A stretch of 41,400 nucleotides of DNA, from positions 1 through 41,400 of the forward strand of contig JBDRNT010000068.1 of the NCBI GenBank assembly GCA_043810925.1, written 5' to 3'. Below the pieces are notes generated by a model. That model had not been told where the DNA came from. It was given only the letters and a program-made list of their open reading frames with translations, and did no database searches. Origin of the DNA: Candidatus Eiseniibacteriota bacterium (GTDB taxonomy: Bacteria; Arandabacterota; Arandabacteria; Arandabacterales; Arandabacteraceae). The position numbers and the translations under genes are program-made. Positions 9,136 to 17,141 of this stretch are shown here, in pieces (position 1 is the first letter of the stretch; every line of letters begins with the position of its first letter).

Positions 9136-10227
9136 TTGACAGTGAGAACGATTGCCATTGCGAATCAGAAGGGCGGGTGCGGCAAGACAACGACTGCGAT
9201 AAACCTGTCTGCGTGCCTGTCGCTCAAGGGTAGGACGGTACTCCTGATCGATCTCGATCCGCAGGCGCATGCTACTACCGGTGTCGGTATTGATGTCGAG
9301 GATGTAGAACACAGTGTCTATGATGCACTCTTAGGCGACTGTGGTTTCAGCGACATCACGCGGATGGTCCGGACCGGATTCGATGTCGCGCCGGCAACGG
9401 TGATGCTGAGCGTCTTCGAGCAGAAGCTCGCGGGTGAGCCGGGCAGGGAAAACAAGCTGCGGGAAGTTCTTCTGGGCATGGAGCAGGCTTATGACTACGT
9501 AATAGTGGATTGTCCGCCGAGCATAGGGCTTCTCACCTTCAATGCGCTCAGGGCATGCAACGAGACGATAATCCCGATTGAGAGCAGTTTCTTCTCTTTG
9601 TGGGGAGTAGGCAGGCTCCTCGATATGATCGAGATGATAAGAGAGGAGCTCTCCCACGAGGTCAGGATCAAGGCGCTCTGTACGATCCATGACGGCAGGG
9701 CGCGGTTCTCCGCGGAGATCGTGGAGGATGTGAGGAAGCATTTCAAGGACCGGACCTTCGAGACGGTCGTTCGTGTCAATGTGAAGTTGAGGGAGGCGGC
9801 AAGCTTCGGCCTCCCGATCACTGAATACGACAGGCGTTCGAGGGGATACAGGGAGTACCTCTCGGTTGCGCGGGAGGTCATTGCGGATGAGGATCAGGTC
9901 AGGGTGGAAGAAGCTGTTCAGGTTTCCCTTCCGGCGCCGGAAAAGGAGTCCTATGGACCGAGATCGGTTCCGGGCGGTGTGCTCTTCAAGATCGATGCAC
10001 CGAAAGCCAGCCGAGTCGGCGTTTCCGGGGACTTCAATTCCTGGGAGGATCCGATCCTGCTTAACGATGACGATGAAGACGGTATCTGGATCGCAATAGC
10101 GCGGGTGGATCCCGGGACCTACCAGTACAAGTTCGTTGTGGACGGCGAGTGGATAACGGACCCGTCCAACCCTGTGGGTATCGATGATACTCACGGCGGC
10201 CGTAACTCGATTATGGTGGTGAAATAG
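9136..10227 (+). CDS. ParA/Soj family ATPase fused to C-terminal AMPK-beta-like CBM48 glycogen-binding domain
   Basis: NQKGGCGKTT, IDLDPQAHAT, VDCPPSIG, NVKLREAAS; C-terminal GDFNSW...DGIW...PGTYQYKFVVDGEWITDPSNP...GGRNS. Confidence 0.9.
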   Translation: MTVRTIAIANQKGGCGKTTTAINLSACLSLKGRTVLLIDLDPQAHATTGVGIDVEDVEHSVYDALLGDCGFSDITRMVRTGFDVAPATVMLSVFEQKLAGEPGRENKLREVLLGMEQAYDYVIVDCPPSIGLLTFNALRACNETIIPIESSFFSLWGVGRLLDMIEMIREELSHEVRIKALCTIHDGRARFSAEIVEDVRKHFKDRTFETVVRVNVKLREAASFGLPITEYDRRSRGYREYLSVAREVIADEDQVRVEEAVQVSLPAPEKESYGPRSVPGGVLFKIDAPKASRVGVSGDFNSWEDPILLNDDDEDGIWIAIARVDPGTYQYKFVVDGEWITDPSNPVGIDDTHGGRNSIMVVK

Positions 10228-10228
10228 A

Positions 10229-11185
10229 GTGACCGACGCTAACACGGAGGAAGCGAGGCCCGATCGCAGGGCGAAGACCACCAGACACAGCCGCAAGCTC
10301 GGCCGGGGACTCTCGCAGGTCTCCCACGTGTTCTTGTCGGGTGCCACACGCGAGAAGACTGGGACGACGGCAGGCATCGATGATGCTGCGGACATCAGAT
10401 TCTGGTTGCCGGATGCCAGGCTGATAAGTATCACGTCGGGTGCGGGTGTGTGCGGGAAGAGCATGGTGGCCGCCAATATTGGTTTCGGGCTCTATGAGAG
10501 AGGGCGTAAGGTCGCGTTTGTGGATGCGGATTCCGACAGCCCGGGTATCATGGTGATCACAGGTAGCGTGCTGGCCGAAGCCGGGCACCGGTTGATGAAA
10601 ACCAATGAGGCATTCGGAAACATTGTCATGGTCGGGACTGGTGCCAGGGCGGAAGCTTCGGCCGAAGAAGGATCGGGCTCGACGGCTGCCGCCGGCCATA
10701 TTGAAGAGGCCGCAAGGCAGGCGCGTACCGTGCTGGTAGATACATCGCCGCGGGCGGAATCGAGTTTGACCGTCTGGCAGCTTGCGCGTCTCATACTGGT
10801 CATCACGGAACCGGCCACAGAGAGCATGCAAGCCTCGTACGCGACCATAAAGCGTATCCGCTCAGCTTCGAGGCGCGCAAGGATTGGGGTGATCGTTAAC
10901 AAGGCCAAGGACCACGATGAGGCGGAACAGTGTTTCCGCAAGATATCCAATGTGTCGAGACGTTTCTTGAAGATTAATATCAGAAACTGTGGTTTCATTG
11001 TCCATAGCGATGATGTGAGAGAGGCTTGTGAGCGAGCGGTACCTCTGAGCCGGGCGTTTCCCGGTTCGAGGGCTGCCAGGTGTATGAATTCGATCCTGGC
11101 ACTTATAGTGATGGATGAGTCTGCAATTGCCAGGAGGAGGAGGGAGGTGACAGTAGAAGCGTGCGCATCGAGAGGAGGACAATAG
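10229..11185 (+). CDS. Degenerate MinD/FlhG-like P-loop protein with N-terminal ParB-like LGRGL peptide
   Basis: ITSGAGVCGKS, VAFVDAD, LVDTSP, VITEP..SMQASYATIK, IGVIVNKA, VSRRFL; N-terminal RKLGRGLSQVSHVFLS. Confidence 0.8.
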   Translation: MTDANTEEARPDRRAKTTRHSRKLGRGLSQVSHVFLSGATREKTGTTAGIDDAADIRFWLPDARLISITSGAGVCGKSMVAANIGFGLYERGRKVAFVDADSDSPGIMVITGSVLAEAGHRLMKTNEAFGNIVMVGTGARAEASAEEGSGSTAAAGHIEEAARQARTVLVDTSPRAESSLTVWQLARLILVITEPATESMQASYATIKRIRSASRRARIGVIVNKAKDHDEAEQCFRKISNVSRRFLKINIRNCGFIVHSDDVREACERAVPLSRAFPGSRAARCMNSILALIVMDESAIARRRREVTVEACASRGGQ

Positions 11186-11961
11186 ACAGCGCTAGTGAGC
11201 TTACCACGCTGGTCACGGAGGTCCTCGAGGGAGAAATCAAGGGGTTTCACCTGATTGATCGTGTAGACTTTCCCGGTGACGAGGTTGAAATCGGCCTGCT
11301 TGCAAGTGATGCAGACGGCCGGTTGCTGATCGTCGGTGCAAGGGAACGTTCGGGTGACAGCCTCATCCTCAGCTATGGAAAGCACGTGTCATGGCTCAAG
11401 AGCAGAAAAGATGCATTAGCTAAGAAACATCCCGGGTTGGACTGGACGGGTGAGCCCGGGATTGTGCTTTTATCAGAGAGCTTCAGTCCGCATGTATTGA
11501 CTCTGATCTCAATGCTCGGGACTGAACCGAGGATGTGTTATGGCATCAAATGCCTTGGCATAGGTTCCGAGAAGGGGCTCTATCTGGAGTCGATCCTGCT
11601 TCCCCGGTTCGAACAGGTGAAACAGCCTGTTCCCAGGGAGACCGATCTGCTCTCGAGAGCGGTTTCAAGTGTAGTCGGTGTTGCGGATGACTTGTCCGTC
11701 TCCGCGTCATTCGGCTACGTCAGCGAATCGCTTGATTGGGTGCCGGTTGCCAATGTCAGGAAACGCAGCGGCACCGTCTGGGTGGAATCAGGACCCGGGA
11801 AATGGACGACCAAGAGAGTAGAGGACGAAGAGTCTCTGGTGGATGCGCTTGGCAAGGTCAAGGCGAGCTACGACGAAGTCCTCAGGACGAAGGGCGAAGC
11901 GAAGAACATGAGCGATTCCGAGTTGTCGGATGCCGAGCGCAAGAGTCTGAAGTGGGAATAG
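11161..11961 (+). CDS. Hypothetical protein, NucS/EndoMS-like PD-(D/E)XK fold with apparently lost catalytic residues
   Basis: EIGLLASDADGRLLIVGAR matches the IDxLAxDxxGxLVIxExK pattern except at the catalytic positions; PGIVLLSESFS follows; overlaps the upstream gene by 25 nt. Confidence 0.6.
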   Translation: MRIERRTIDSASELTTLVTEVLEGEIKGFHLIDRVDFPGDEVEIGLLASDADGRLLIVGARERSGDSLILSYGKHVSWLKSRKDALAKKHPGLDWTGEPGIVLLSESFSPHVLTLISMLGTEPRMCYGIKCLGIGSEKGLYLESILLPRFEQVKQPVPRETDLLSRAVSSVVGVADDLSVSASFGYVSESLDWVPVANVRKRSGTVWVESGPGKWTTKRVEDEESLVDALGKVKASYDEVLRTKGEAKNMSDSELSDAERKSLKWE

Positions 11962-11975
11962 CTCTGTGATCAAGG

Positions 11976-12818
11976 ATGCCTGATAAGCCGAGAAGGCTGC
12001 GGCCGATTGACGGGATAGTAATATTCGCGGTATCCCAGGTCGTCGCGGTCGTTGCGACGGTTGTGCTGGCCCTCCGGATATCGATAAGGGCTAACACGGG
12101 TATCTCAGCAGTGGTGGTGCTGTGTGTAGCGGCAGCGCTGCTGAGATACACCGGCCGCAGCCCGTTTCGGTGTGTCAAGTTGGATCGCTTTCGACCGGGT
12201 CTGGTCCTCTATTCCATCCTGGCCAGCCTGGCACTGATCGTACCCACGTTGAGTCTACAGACCATCATTGCCCGCTACCTCACGATCCCGGATGCGGTGA
12301 TAGAAGCCCTGGAGGCGATAGTGCGGGCCGAGAGCCTTCCGGAGCTCATGTACGTATGGCTTATAGCCGCGCTCGGGGCCGCCGTAAGCGAGGAGTTCAT
12401 ATTCCGGGGAGTGCTTCAGAACGGTTTCTCGTCCAGGCTGCGCGGCTGGATCGCAGTTCTGATAACTGCATCCGTCTTCGCGATTCTGCACACCATCTGG
12501 CGGTTTCCGCCGGCCTTCATTCTGGGGGTCTTTCTTGGTGTTCTCTACTGGAGAACAGGTTCGCTCTGGCCGCCGATTGCCGCGCATCTTACGATCAACA
12601 CCGTTACGATCGTTACGCTCTACGTTGCGGAGGTGTTTGGTGATACGGCTGTGCCTCAGTGGCTCGTTGAGGAGCGGCCCGCCCCGATCTGGATGATTGT
12701 GCTCTCCATGATCGCGTTTGCGGGTCTTATCCGGTTGATATGGACTAGGTCGGCTGCCGAGCAGGAAGAAACGCAATCCGACGGACCGGACGAAACTGTC
12801 ACGGTTGATACCCCATGA
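11976..12818 (+). CDS. CPBP (CAAX protease/Abi) family intramembrane metalloprotease
   Basis: EEFIFRG, FAILH, AHLTIN motifs; multiple TM segments. Confidence 0.9.
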   Translation: MPDKPRRLRPIDGIVIFAVSQVVAVVATVVLALRISIRANTGISAVVVLCVAAALLRYTGRSPFRCVKLDRFRPGLVLYSILASLALIVPTLSLQTIIARYLTIPDAVIEALEAIVRAESLPELMYVWLIAALGAAVSEEFIFRGVLQNGFSSRLRGWIAVLITASVFAILHTIWRFPPAFILGVFLGVLYWRTGSLWPPIAAHLTINTVTIVTLYVAEVFGDTAVPQWLVEERPAPIWMIVLSMIAFAGLIRLIWTRSAAEQEETQSDGPDETVTVDTP

Positions 12819-13882
12819 CCTCAAGAGAGCGAATACGCACCGTACTTGCGGGTGGGATTCCCGATCGTGTCCCTATTCACGACGGTTACTGGGATGAGGC
12901 CCTGGCGCGGTGGCAGGATGAAGGGCTCCCGGCCGAGGCGGCGCGCGACCGGGATTCCGTGGGTGACTTCTTCGGCTGGGAAATAAGGATGATCTCGGTA
13001 GATGCCTCGTTCCTTATCGAGGAGCGAATCCTCGATGAGGACGATAGGTATGTCACCAAGGTGACCAAGAACGGAACAGTGCTTAAGCACATAAAGGGTA
13101 AGACATCCACGCCCGGGCTCATCTCATTTCCCGTCAACGGCATGAAGGAGTGGGAGGAACAGAAATGGCGTCTGACCTCGATCGAAGGCCGGCTTCCTGA
13201 AGATCTCGAGCGGAGCTACAGGAGCTACCGCGACGGCGATCGGTTCGTGGTCGTTGTCGTACATGATCCCATCGAGGCATCATGGTCGAAACTCGGTCCG
13301 ACCTACATGATGGAAGCAATGAAACTCGAACCCAAACTGATCCACGATGTCTTCACGACGATTACGGAGCTCAACATAGCGGTATGCGAAGACCTGTTTG
13401 CGAGGGGCTATGAAGTCGACGGAGCATGGATATGGGGTGATATTGCCTACTCCAGGGGAACGTTCTTCTCACCGCAGATGTACCGCGAGATGCTCTATCC
13501 CTATCACAGACGTCTGATCGGTTTCTTCAGGGATCGGAACCTGCCGGTCGTCTATCACAGCGACGGAGACTTCCGCCGGGTGATACCACTGTTGATTGAG
13601 GCGGGTGTGAAGTGTCTGCAGCCGTTGGAGTCGAAGGCAAACATGGATCTCTTCGAGCTCAAGCGCGAGTACGGCGGTCAACTGGCGTTTATGGGCAACG
13701 TCGATTTCGAGAAGATCGCCAGGGGCAAGGACGAGGCGGAGGAGGAGATACGGCTGAAGGTCGGCCGGGGCAAGGAAGGCGGAGGTTACATCTATCACTC
13801 CGACCACTCCGTACCCCCGACGGTAAGCCTCGAAGAGTATAGATGGGTGCTCGACCGGGTGAGGCACCACGGGCGCTACTGA
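12815..13882 (+). CDS. Uroporphyrinogen decarboxylase family (UroD/MtaA-like) TIM-barrel protein
   Basis: MTSRERI...PDRVP, GDIAY...FSP.MYRE, YHSDG, GGGYIYHSDHSVP; ATGA overlap with the CPBP gene. Confidence 0.88.
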   Translation: MTSRERIRTVLAGGIPDRVPIHDGYWDEALARWQDEGLPAEAARDRDSVGDFFGWEIRMISVDASFLIEERILDEDDRYVTKVTKNGTVLKHIKGKTSTPGLISFPVNGMKEWEEQKWRLTSIEGRLPEDLERSYRSYRDGDRFVVVVVHDPIEASWSKLGPTYMMEAMKLEPKLIHDVFTTITELNIAVCEDLFARGYEVDGAWIWGDIAYSRGTFFSPQMYREMLYPYHRRLIGFFRDRNLPVVYHSDGDFRRVIPLLIEAGVKCLQPLESKANMDLFELKREYGGQLAFMGNVDFEKIARGKDEAEEEIRLKVGRGKEGGGYIYHSDHSVPPTVSLEEYRWVLDRVRHHGRY

Positions 13883-13894
13883 TACGGCATCGTC

Positions 13895-14020
13895 TCATCG
13901 CGGGCAAAGCGCGGCGATCTCCTGCGCGGGACATCCTGAGAGATCGCGTCGTCGCTGTCGCTCCTCGCAACGACACGTCCGTGGGTCGGATTTCACGGCC
14001 CTTTGGAACCTCGCAATGTC
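13895..14020. repeat. Diverged copy of the REP/RPE-like palindromic element
   Basis: TCATCGCG...GCGATCTC, GAGATCGCGTCGTCGC...CTCCTCGCAACGACA, GGATTTCACGG...CCTCGCAATGTC; same layout as 8233-8457. Confidence 0.75.
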
Positions 14021-14173
14021 GCCCGTGTGAAAGCCGCTTGTTGGCCGTCTCACACCGGCCCGGAGGGTGTGTTTTGCATGGGCCCAAGGTGCAGAAAGCA
14101 ACCCCCTGTGGAGTGCACAATGCCCGTTTCCAAGCGACCAGGCGGTATCGCCTTTAAAGGTTCAAAAGACACC

Positions 14174-14203
14174 TTGACACCGATCAGTGGCATGGCTTAT
14201 GCT
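14174..14203 (+). promoter_or_regulatory. Possible sigma70-type promoter
   Basis: TTGACA-18 nt-TATGCT upstream of 14229. Confidence 0.5.
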
Positions 14204-14228
14204 CATCTTCCTGCCCGGTAGGTGAACA

Positions 14229-16115
14229 ATGGGAATGTGCTATCGACCCAAACATTTCGTAGTGGTGGTTTTCCTCGCTCTCACGCTACTGAGCGCTCGG
14301 GGACCTGCTGCTCATGAGTATCCCAAGACCGCTTGCTTCTATCCCGGGGATGCAAGGATCGAGCACTGCGAGGCCCTGAGCAAGTACGACCTCGTGATCC
14401 TTGGCAGCAGCACGCAGGATTTCTGTCCGGGTCTGCCGGACACACTACGCTCCCTGAATCCGGACATAATCCTTCTTGCGTATTACCCATGCTGTTTCGT
14501 GTGGGCGCGGTATGAATCGATGCCTCCAACACCGGCCGCATACGGTCACAAGATAGCGGACCGTGACTGGTGGCTCTATGACACCAAGGGTTATAAGATC
14601 GGCAACGATACGGCGCAGAATCTTTACTTCGTTAATTTCAGTCCGGCCTGCCCGCTTGATGGTTCAGGCCAGACAATAGCCGAGTGGCTTGCGCACTACA
14701 TCGCTCAGAATATCATCTCGACGGGTCTGTGGGATGGAATCTTCATCGACGGTCCCTATGAGAATCCCATCTGGATCAACAATTCGGATCACTTCTTCGC
14801 CGATCCACCGGCCGCGATTGATGCCGACCGTGATGGTATCGCCGACCATCCCGACAGTGTCCATGCCTGGTGGAGAGGAATGCTTGAGTCTTTCCTGGTC
14901 ACGCTCAAAGGAGACATCGGTGATTCGTATGTCCTTGTGGGCAACGGCGGCAATACCATGTCACAGTATCTGCATGGGGGCACCCTGGAGGCGTTTCCGT
15001 ATATGCTCAATGGGTGGGACAACAGCATGTACGGACCCTACGGCTTTGACACGATGTCACGCGACTGGTTGCAGGATCCCATCAACGCCACTCTGATGCT
15101 CTGCTACTACAGAAACGACGACAACACACAGTGCGCGCCGAAGAGAACGATTTCATATGAGAGATTCTTACGCTACACACTGACGAGTGCCCTCTTGAGT
15201 GACGGTTATTACTACATGGGTGATCCCCATAAGACACTTTGGTGGGAGGACCTATACGATCTTGATCTGGGAGATCCGACGGGGGACGCATACCCGGATT
15301 CGATCTGGAACAGCGTCTACGGCTACTACTGCCCCGTATGGAAACGCGAATTCGAAAACGCTACCATTATCTGTAACCCGGGCCCCCGCTATGCGATATT
15401 GTCCGATGGCACGTGGATAGTCCCTGAGGACGGTCTGATCCAGCCACATGTTACGCCATGCTGTCTGGATGTGGAGATAACCGGACCCAGTGCAGCTCGC
15501 TTTTTCAATCGCGGTGGAACTTCCATTGAGTACAATGCCGCTCTTGTCAACGCATCAGATAATGCCGCCTACGGCTACATCTGGACCAGGCTGACTGCCG
15601 GCGGTGACACCGTCCTGTACGGCAACATCCGCCAGTTCCTTATCGGAGCAGGCGATTCAATCGAGAAATTCCAGTTCCTGAGGGTGACCTCGCCGCTACC
15701 TAAGGGGACCTACTGTCTTGAAGTCTTCGTAGGTGGACCCAACTACGTTCCAACCGATCATGACACCATCTATGTAACGAGAACCATAGATTTCCGCGAT
15801 ACGCCGCGCAAAAGCAATGACAGCGGTGAGGAGGGTAATCTTGGAGTTCGCCTTTGGCCCTCTGTTACACGTGACGGACGCACAAGATTGGAGGTGACCG
15901 GCAGTCCTGCGAGAGCCAGTGTGTGTACCGTCAAGATCTACGATGTCAGAGGGCGTCTCATCAGTACCGTCCTTGAGGGTGAACTGGATCAAGGTGCAGG
16001 TCTCGAGATTGACTTAAGTGGCGAAGGGGGTGAATTCATCGCACCCGGAGTCTATTACGTGTCTGCTAAAGTGAGAGGCGAGATCCGCACCGGCAAGATT
16101 GTCCTCCTCCGCTAA
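14229..16115 (+). CDS. Secreted putative glycoside hydrolase-like protein with Ig-like domain and FlgD-Ig/T9SS-like C-terminal domain
   Basis: Signal peptide; LSKYDLVIL..LRSLNPDIILLAY, WDGIFID, VGNGG..LHGGTLE, YTLTSALLSDGYY, WKREFENA; C-terminal VKIYDVRGRLI...PGVYYV...KIVLLR. Confidence 0.72.
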   Translation: MGMCYRPKHFVVVVFLALTLLSARGPAAHEYPKTACFYPGDARIEHCEALSKYDLVILGSSTQDFCPGLPDTLRSLNPDIILLAYYPCCFVWARYESMPPTPAAYGHKIADRDWWLYDTKGYKIGNDTAQNLYFVNFSPACPLDGSGQTIAEWLAHYIAQNIISTGLWDGIFIDGPYENPIWINNSDHFFADPPAAIDADRDGIADHPDSVHAWWRGMLESFLVTLKGDIGDSYVLVGNGGNTMSQYLHGGTLEAFPYMLNGWDNSMYGPYGFDTMSRDWLQDPINATLMLCYYRNDDNTQCAPKRTISYERFLRYTLTSALLSDGYYYMGDPHKTLWWEDLYDLDLGDPTGDAYPDSIWNSVYGYYCPVWKREFENATIICNPGPRYAILSDGTWIVPEDGLIQPHVTPCCLDVEITGPSAARFFNRGGTSIEYNAALVNASDNAAYGYIWTRLTAGGDTVLYGNIRQFLIGAGDSIEKFQFLRVTSPLPKGTYCLEVFVGGPNYVPTDHDTIYVTRTIDFRDTPRKSNDSGEEGNLGVRLWPSVTRDGRTRLEVTGSPARASVCTVKIYDVRGRLISTVLEGELDQGAGLEIDLSGEGGEFIAPGVYYVSAKVRGEIRTGKIVLLR

Positions 16116-16120
16116 TTACA

Positions 16121-16195
16121 GGGGCTTGTGAAAAGCGTCTCTGCCGTTTTTCTCCTCACGCTCAAATTGGCTCGAGGGACGCTTTCACCAGCCCC
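16121..16195. repeat. Long imperfect inverted repeat (MITE-like or terminator)
   Basis: GGGGCTTGTGAAAAGCGTCTCT ... AGGGACGCTTTCACCAGCCCC directly after the 16115 stop. Confidence 0.6.
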
Positions 16196-16288
16196 GTTTC
16201 ACTTGCTGAACTAGGTTCTTGACTTCTGCCACCCCAAAATGTTAAGAAATACATGGACAGTAGGCGGAGGTGAAGTACCACGGAAGAC

Positions 16289-16375
16289 ATGTTTGCATAT
16301 GTAATCATTGTAATCATGGCCCTTTTCATGTTAACCGGCCTCTGGTATGTGGGTATACAGCAACTGTTCGCGTGA
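16289..16375 (+). CDS. Putative 28-aa single-pass membrane microprotein
   Basis: MFAYVIIVIMALFMLTGLWYVGIQQLFA*; GGAGGTGA about 15 nt upstream; not in the ORF track (below its length cut-off). Confidence 0.45.
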   Translation: MFAYVIIVIMALFMLTGLWYVGIQQLFA

Positions 16376-16398
16376 CCTGATGAGGATGGGGAACTGAT

Positions 16399-16581
16399 AT
16401 GCTGAGAGTGCTGGAGATAGTGATCGGAATAGCCCTGATATACATGAGCCTTGACAGGTTGACCGTTTCTGAGAGGCTGATGTCGGTATTGTACGGCCTT
16501 GTGGCCGTGGCAGGGTTGATCCTGGCGGTCCATGGTATCCTGCTCCTTACCGTCCCGGAGTTCTTTACGCCCTCCATGTAA
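16399..16581 (+). CDS. Small two-TM membrane protein (60 aa)
   Basis: Two hydrophobic helices; purine-rich GAGGATGGGGA upstream. Confidence 0.6.
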   Translation: MLRVLEIVIGIALIYMSLDRLTVSERLMSVLYGLVAVAGLILAVHGILLLTVPEFFTPSM

Positions 16582-16597
16582 GTCACTTCGAATTGCC

Positions 16598-16625
16598 TAA
16601 AGGCTTTTCTCGCCCTCGCCGAATA
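16598..16625 (+). promoter_or_regulatory. sigma28 (FliA/SigD/WhiG)-type promoter
   Basis: TAAA-16 nt-GCCGAATA upstream of the receiver gene. Confidence 0.55.
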
Positions 16626-16684
16626 TACATATAGAGATAAACGGACCGCCGTAACCTTGATAACAGGGGCTATAGGCTCAAGGA

Positions 16685-17074
16685 GTGCCCGTGGAGGACA
16701 CCCGCAGGATACTTGTAGTCGATGACCAGGAGAGCATGCGAACCTTGTTACGGGACATGCTTGAGGTCATCGGACATGAGGTGGTGCTCGCCGACGGTGG
16801 TGAGCAGGCCCTCGCAGCCCTGCAGCAAAAAGAATTCCACCTTGTCCTGAGCGACCTCAACATGCCGGGAATGGACGGGACTGCATTGCTCAAGGCGATC
16901 AAGTCCACTTACACGAATCTTCCGGTTGTGATCATCACGGGGTACGGTACCTTCCATACCGAGAAGCGAGTGATGAAAGAGGGCGCAGACGGCTACATCT
17001 CCAAGCCATGCACCCTGGCCAAGATCGAAAGAACTCTCACCTCAATCCTCAGTGCCAAACAGCGATGGAGCTAA
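16685..17074 (+). CDS. Stand-alone response regulator receiver domain
   Basis: ILVVDD, SDLNMPGMDG, IITGYG, YISKP; SD AAGGAG region. Confidence 0.93.
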   Translation: MPVEDTRRILVVDDQESMRTLLRDMLEVIGHEVVLADGGEQALAALQQKEFHLVLSDLNMPGMDGTALLKAIKSTYTNLPVVIITGYGTFHTEKRVMKEGADGYISKPCTLAKIERTLTSILSAKQRWS

Positions 17075-17099
17075 ACAGCCTCCTACGAGACGCCGATAG
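17072..17099 (+). promoter_or_regulatory. sigma28 (FliA/SigD/WhiG)-type promoter
   Basis: TAAA-16 nt-GCCGATAG upstream of the small Cys-rich ORF. Confidence 0.6.
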
Positions 17100-17141
17100 T
17101 TTTCATGTGGCGATTGCGTCAAACAATAAGGAGGTTGTTAA

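Noticed and set aside
9136-10227. Canonical chromosomal parAB locus
   Set aside because: No ParB (no GERRxRA motif) follows, no parS palindrome was seen, and the ATPase has a carbohydrate-binding extension.
10229-11185. True flagellar regulator FlhG
   Set aside because: No flhF or flagellar genes adjacent, signature lysine absent, and an atypical N-terminal extension.
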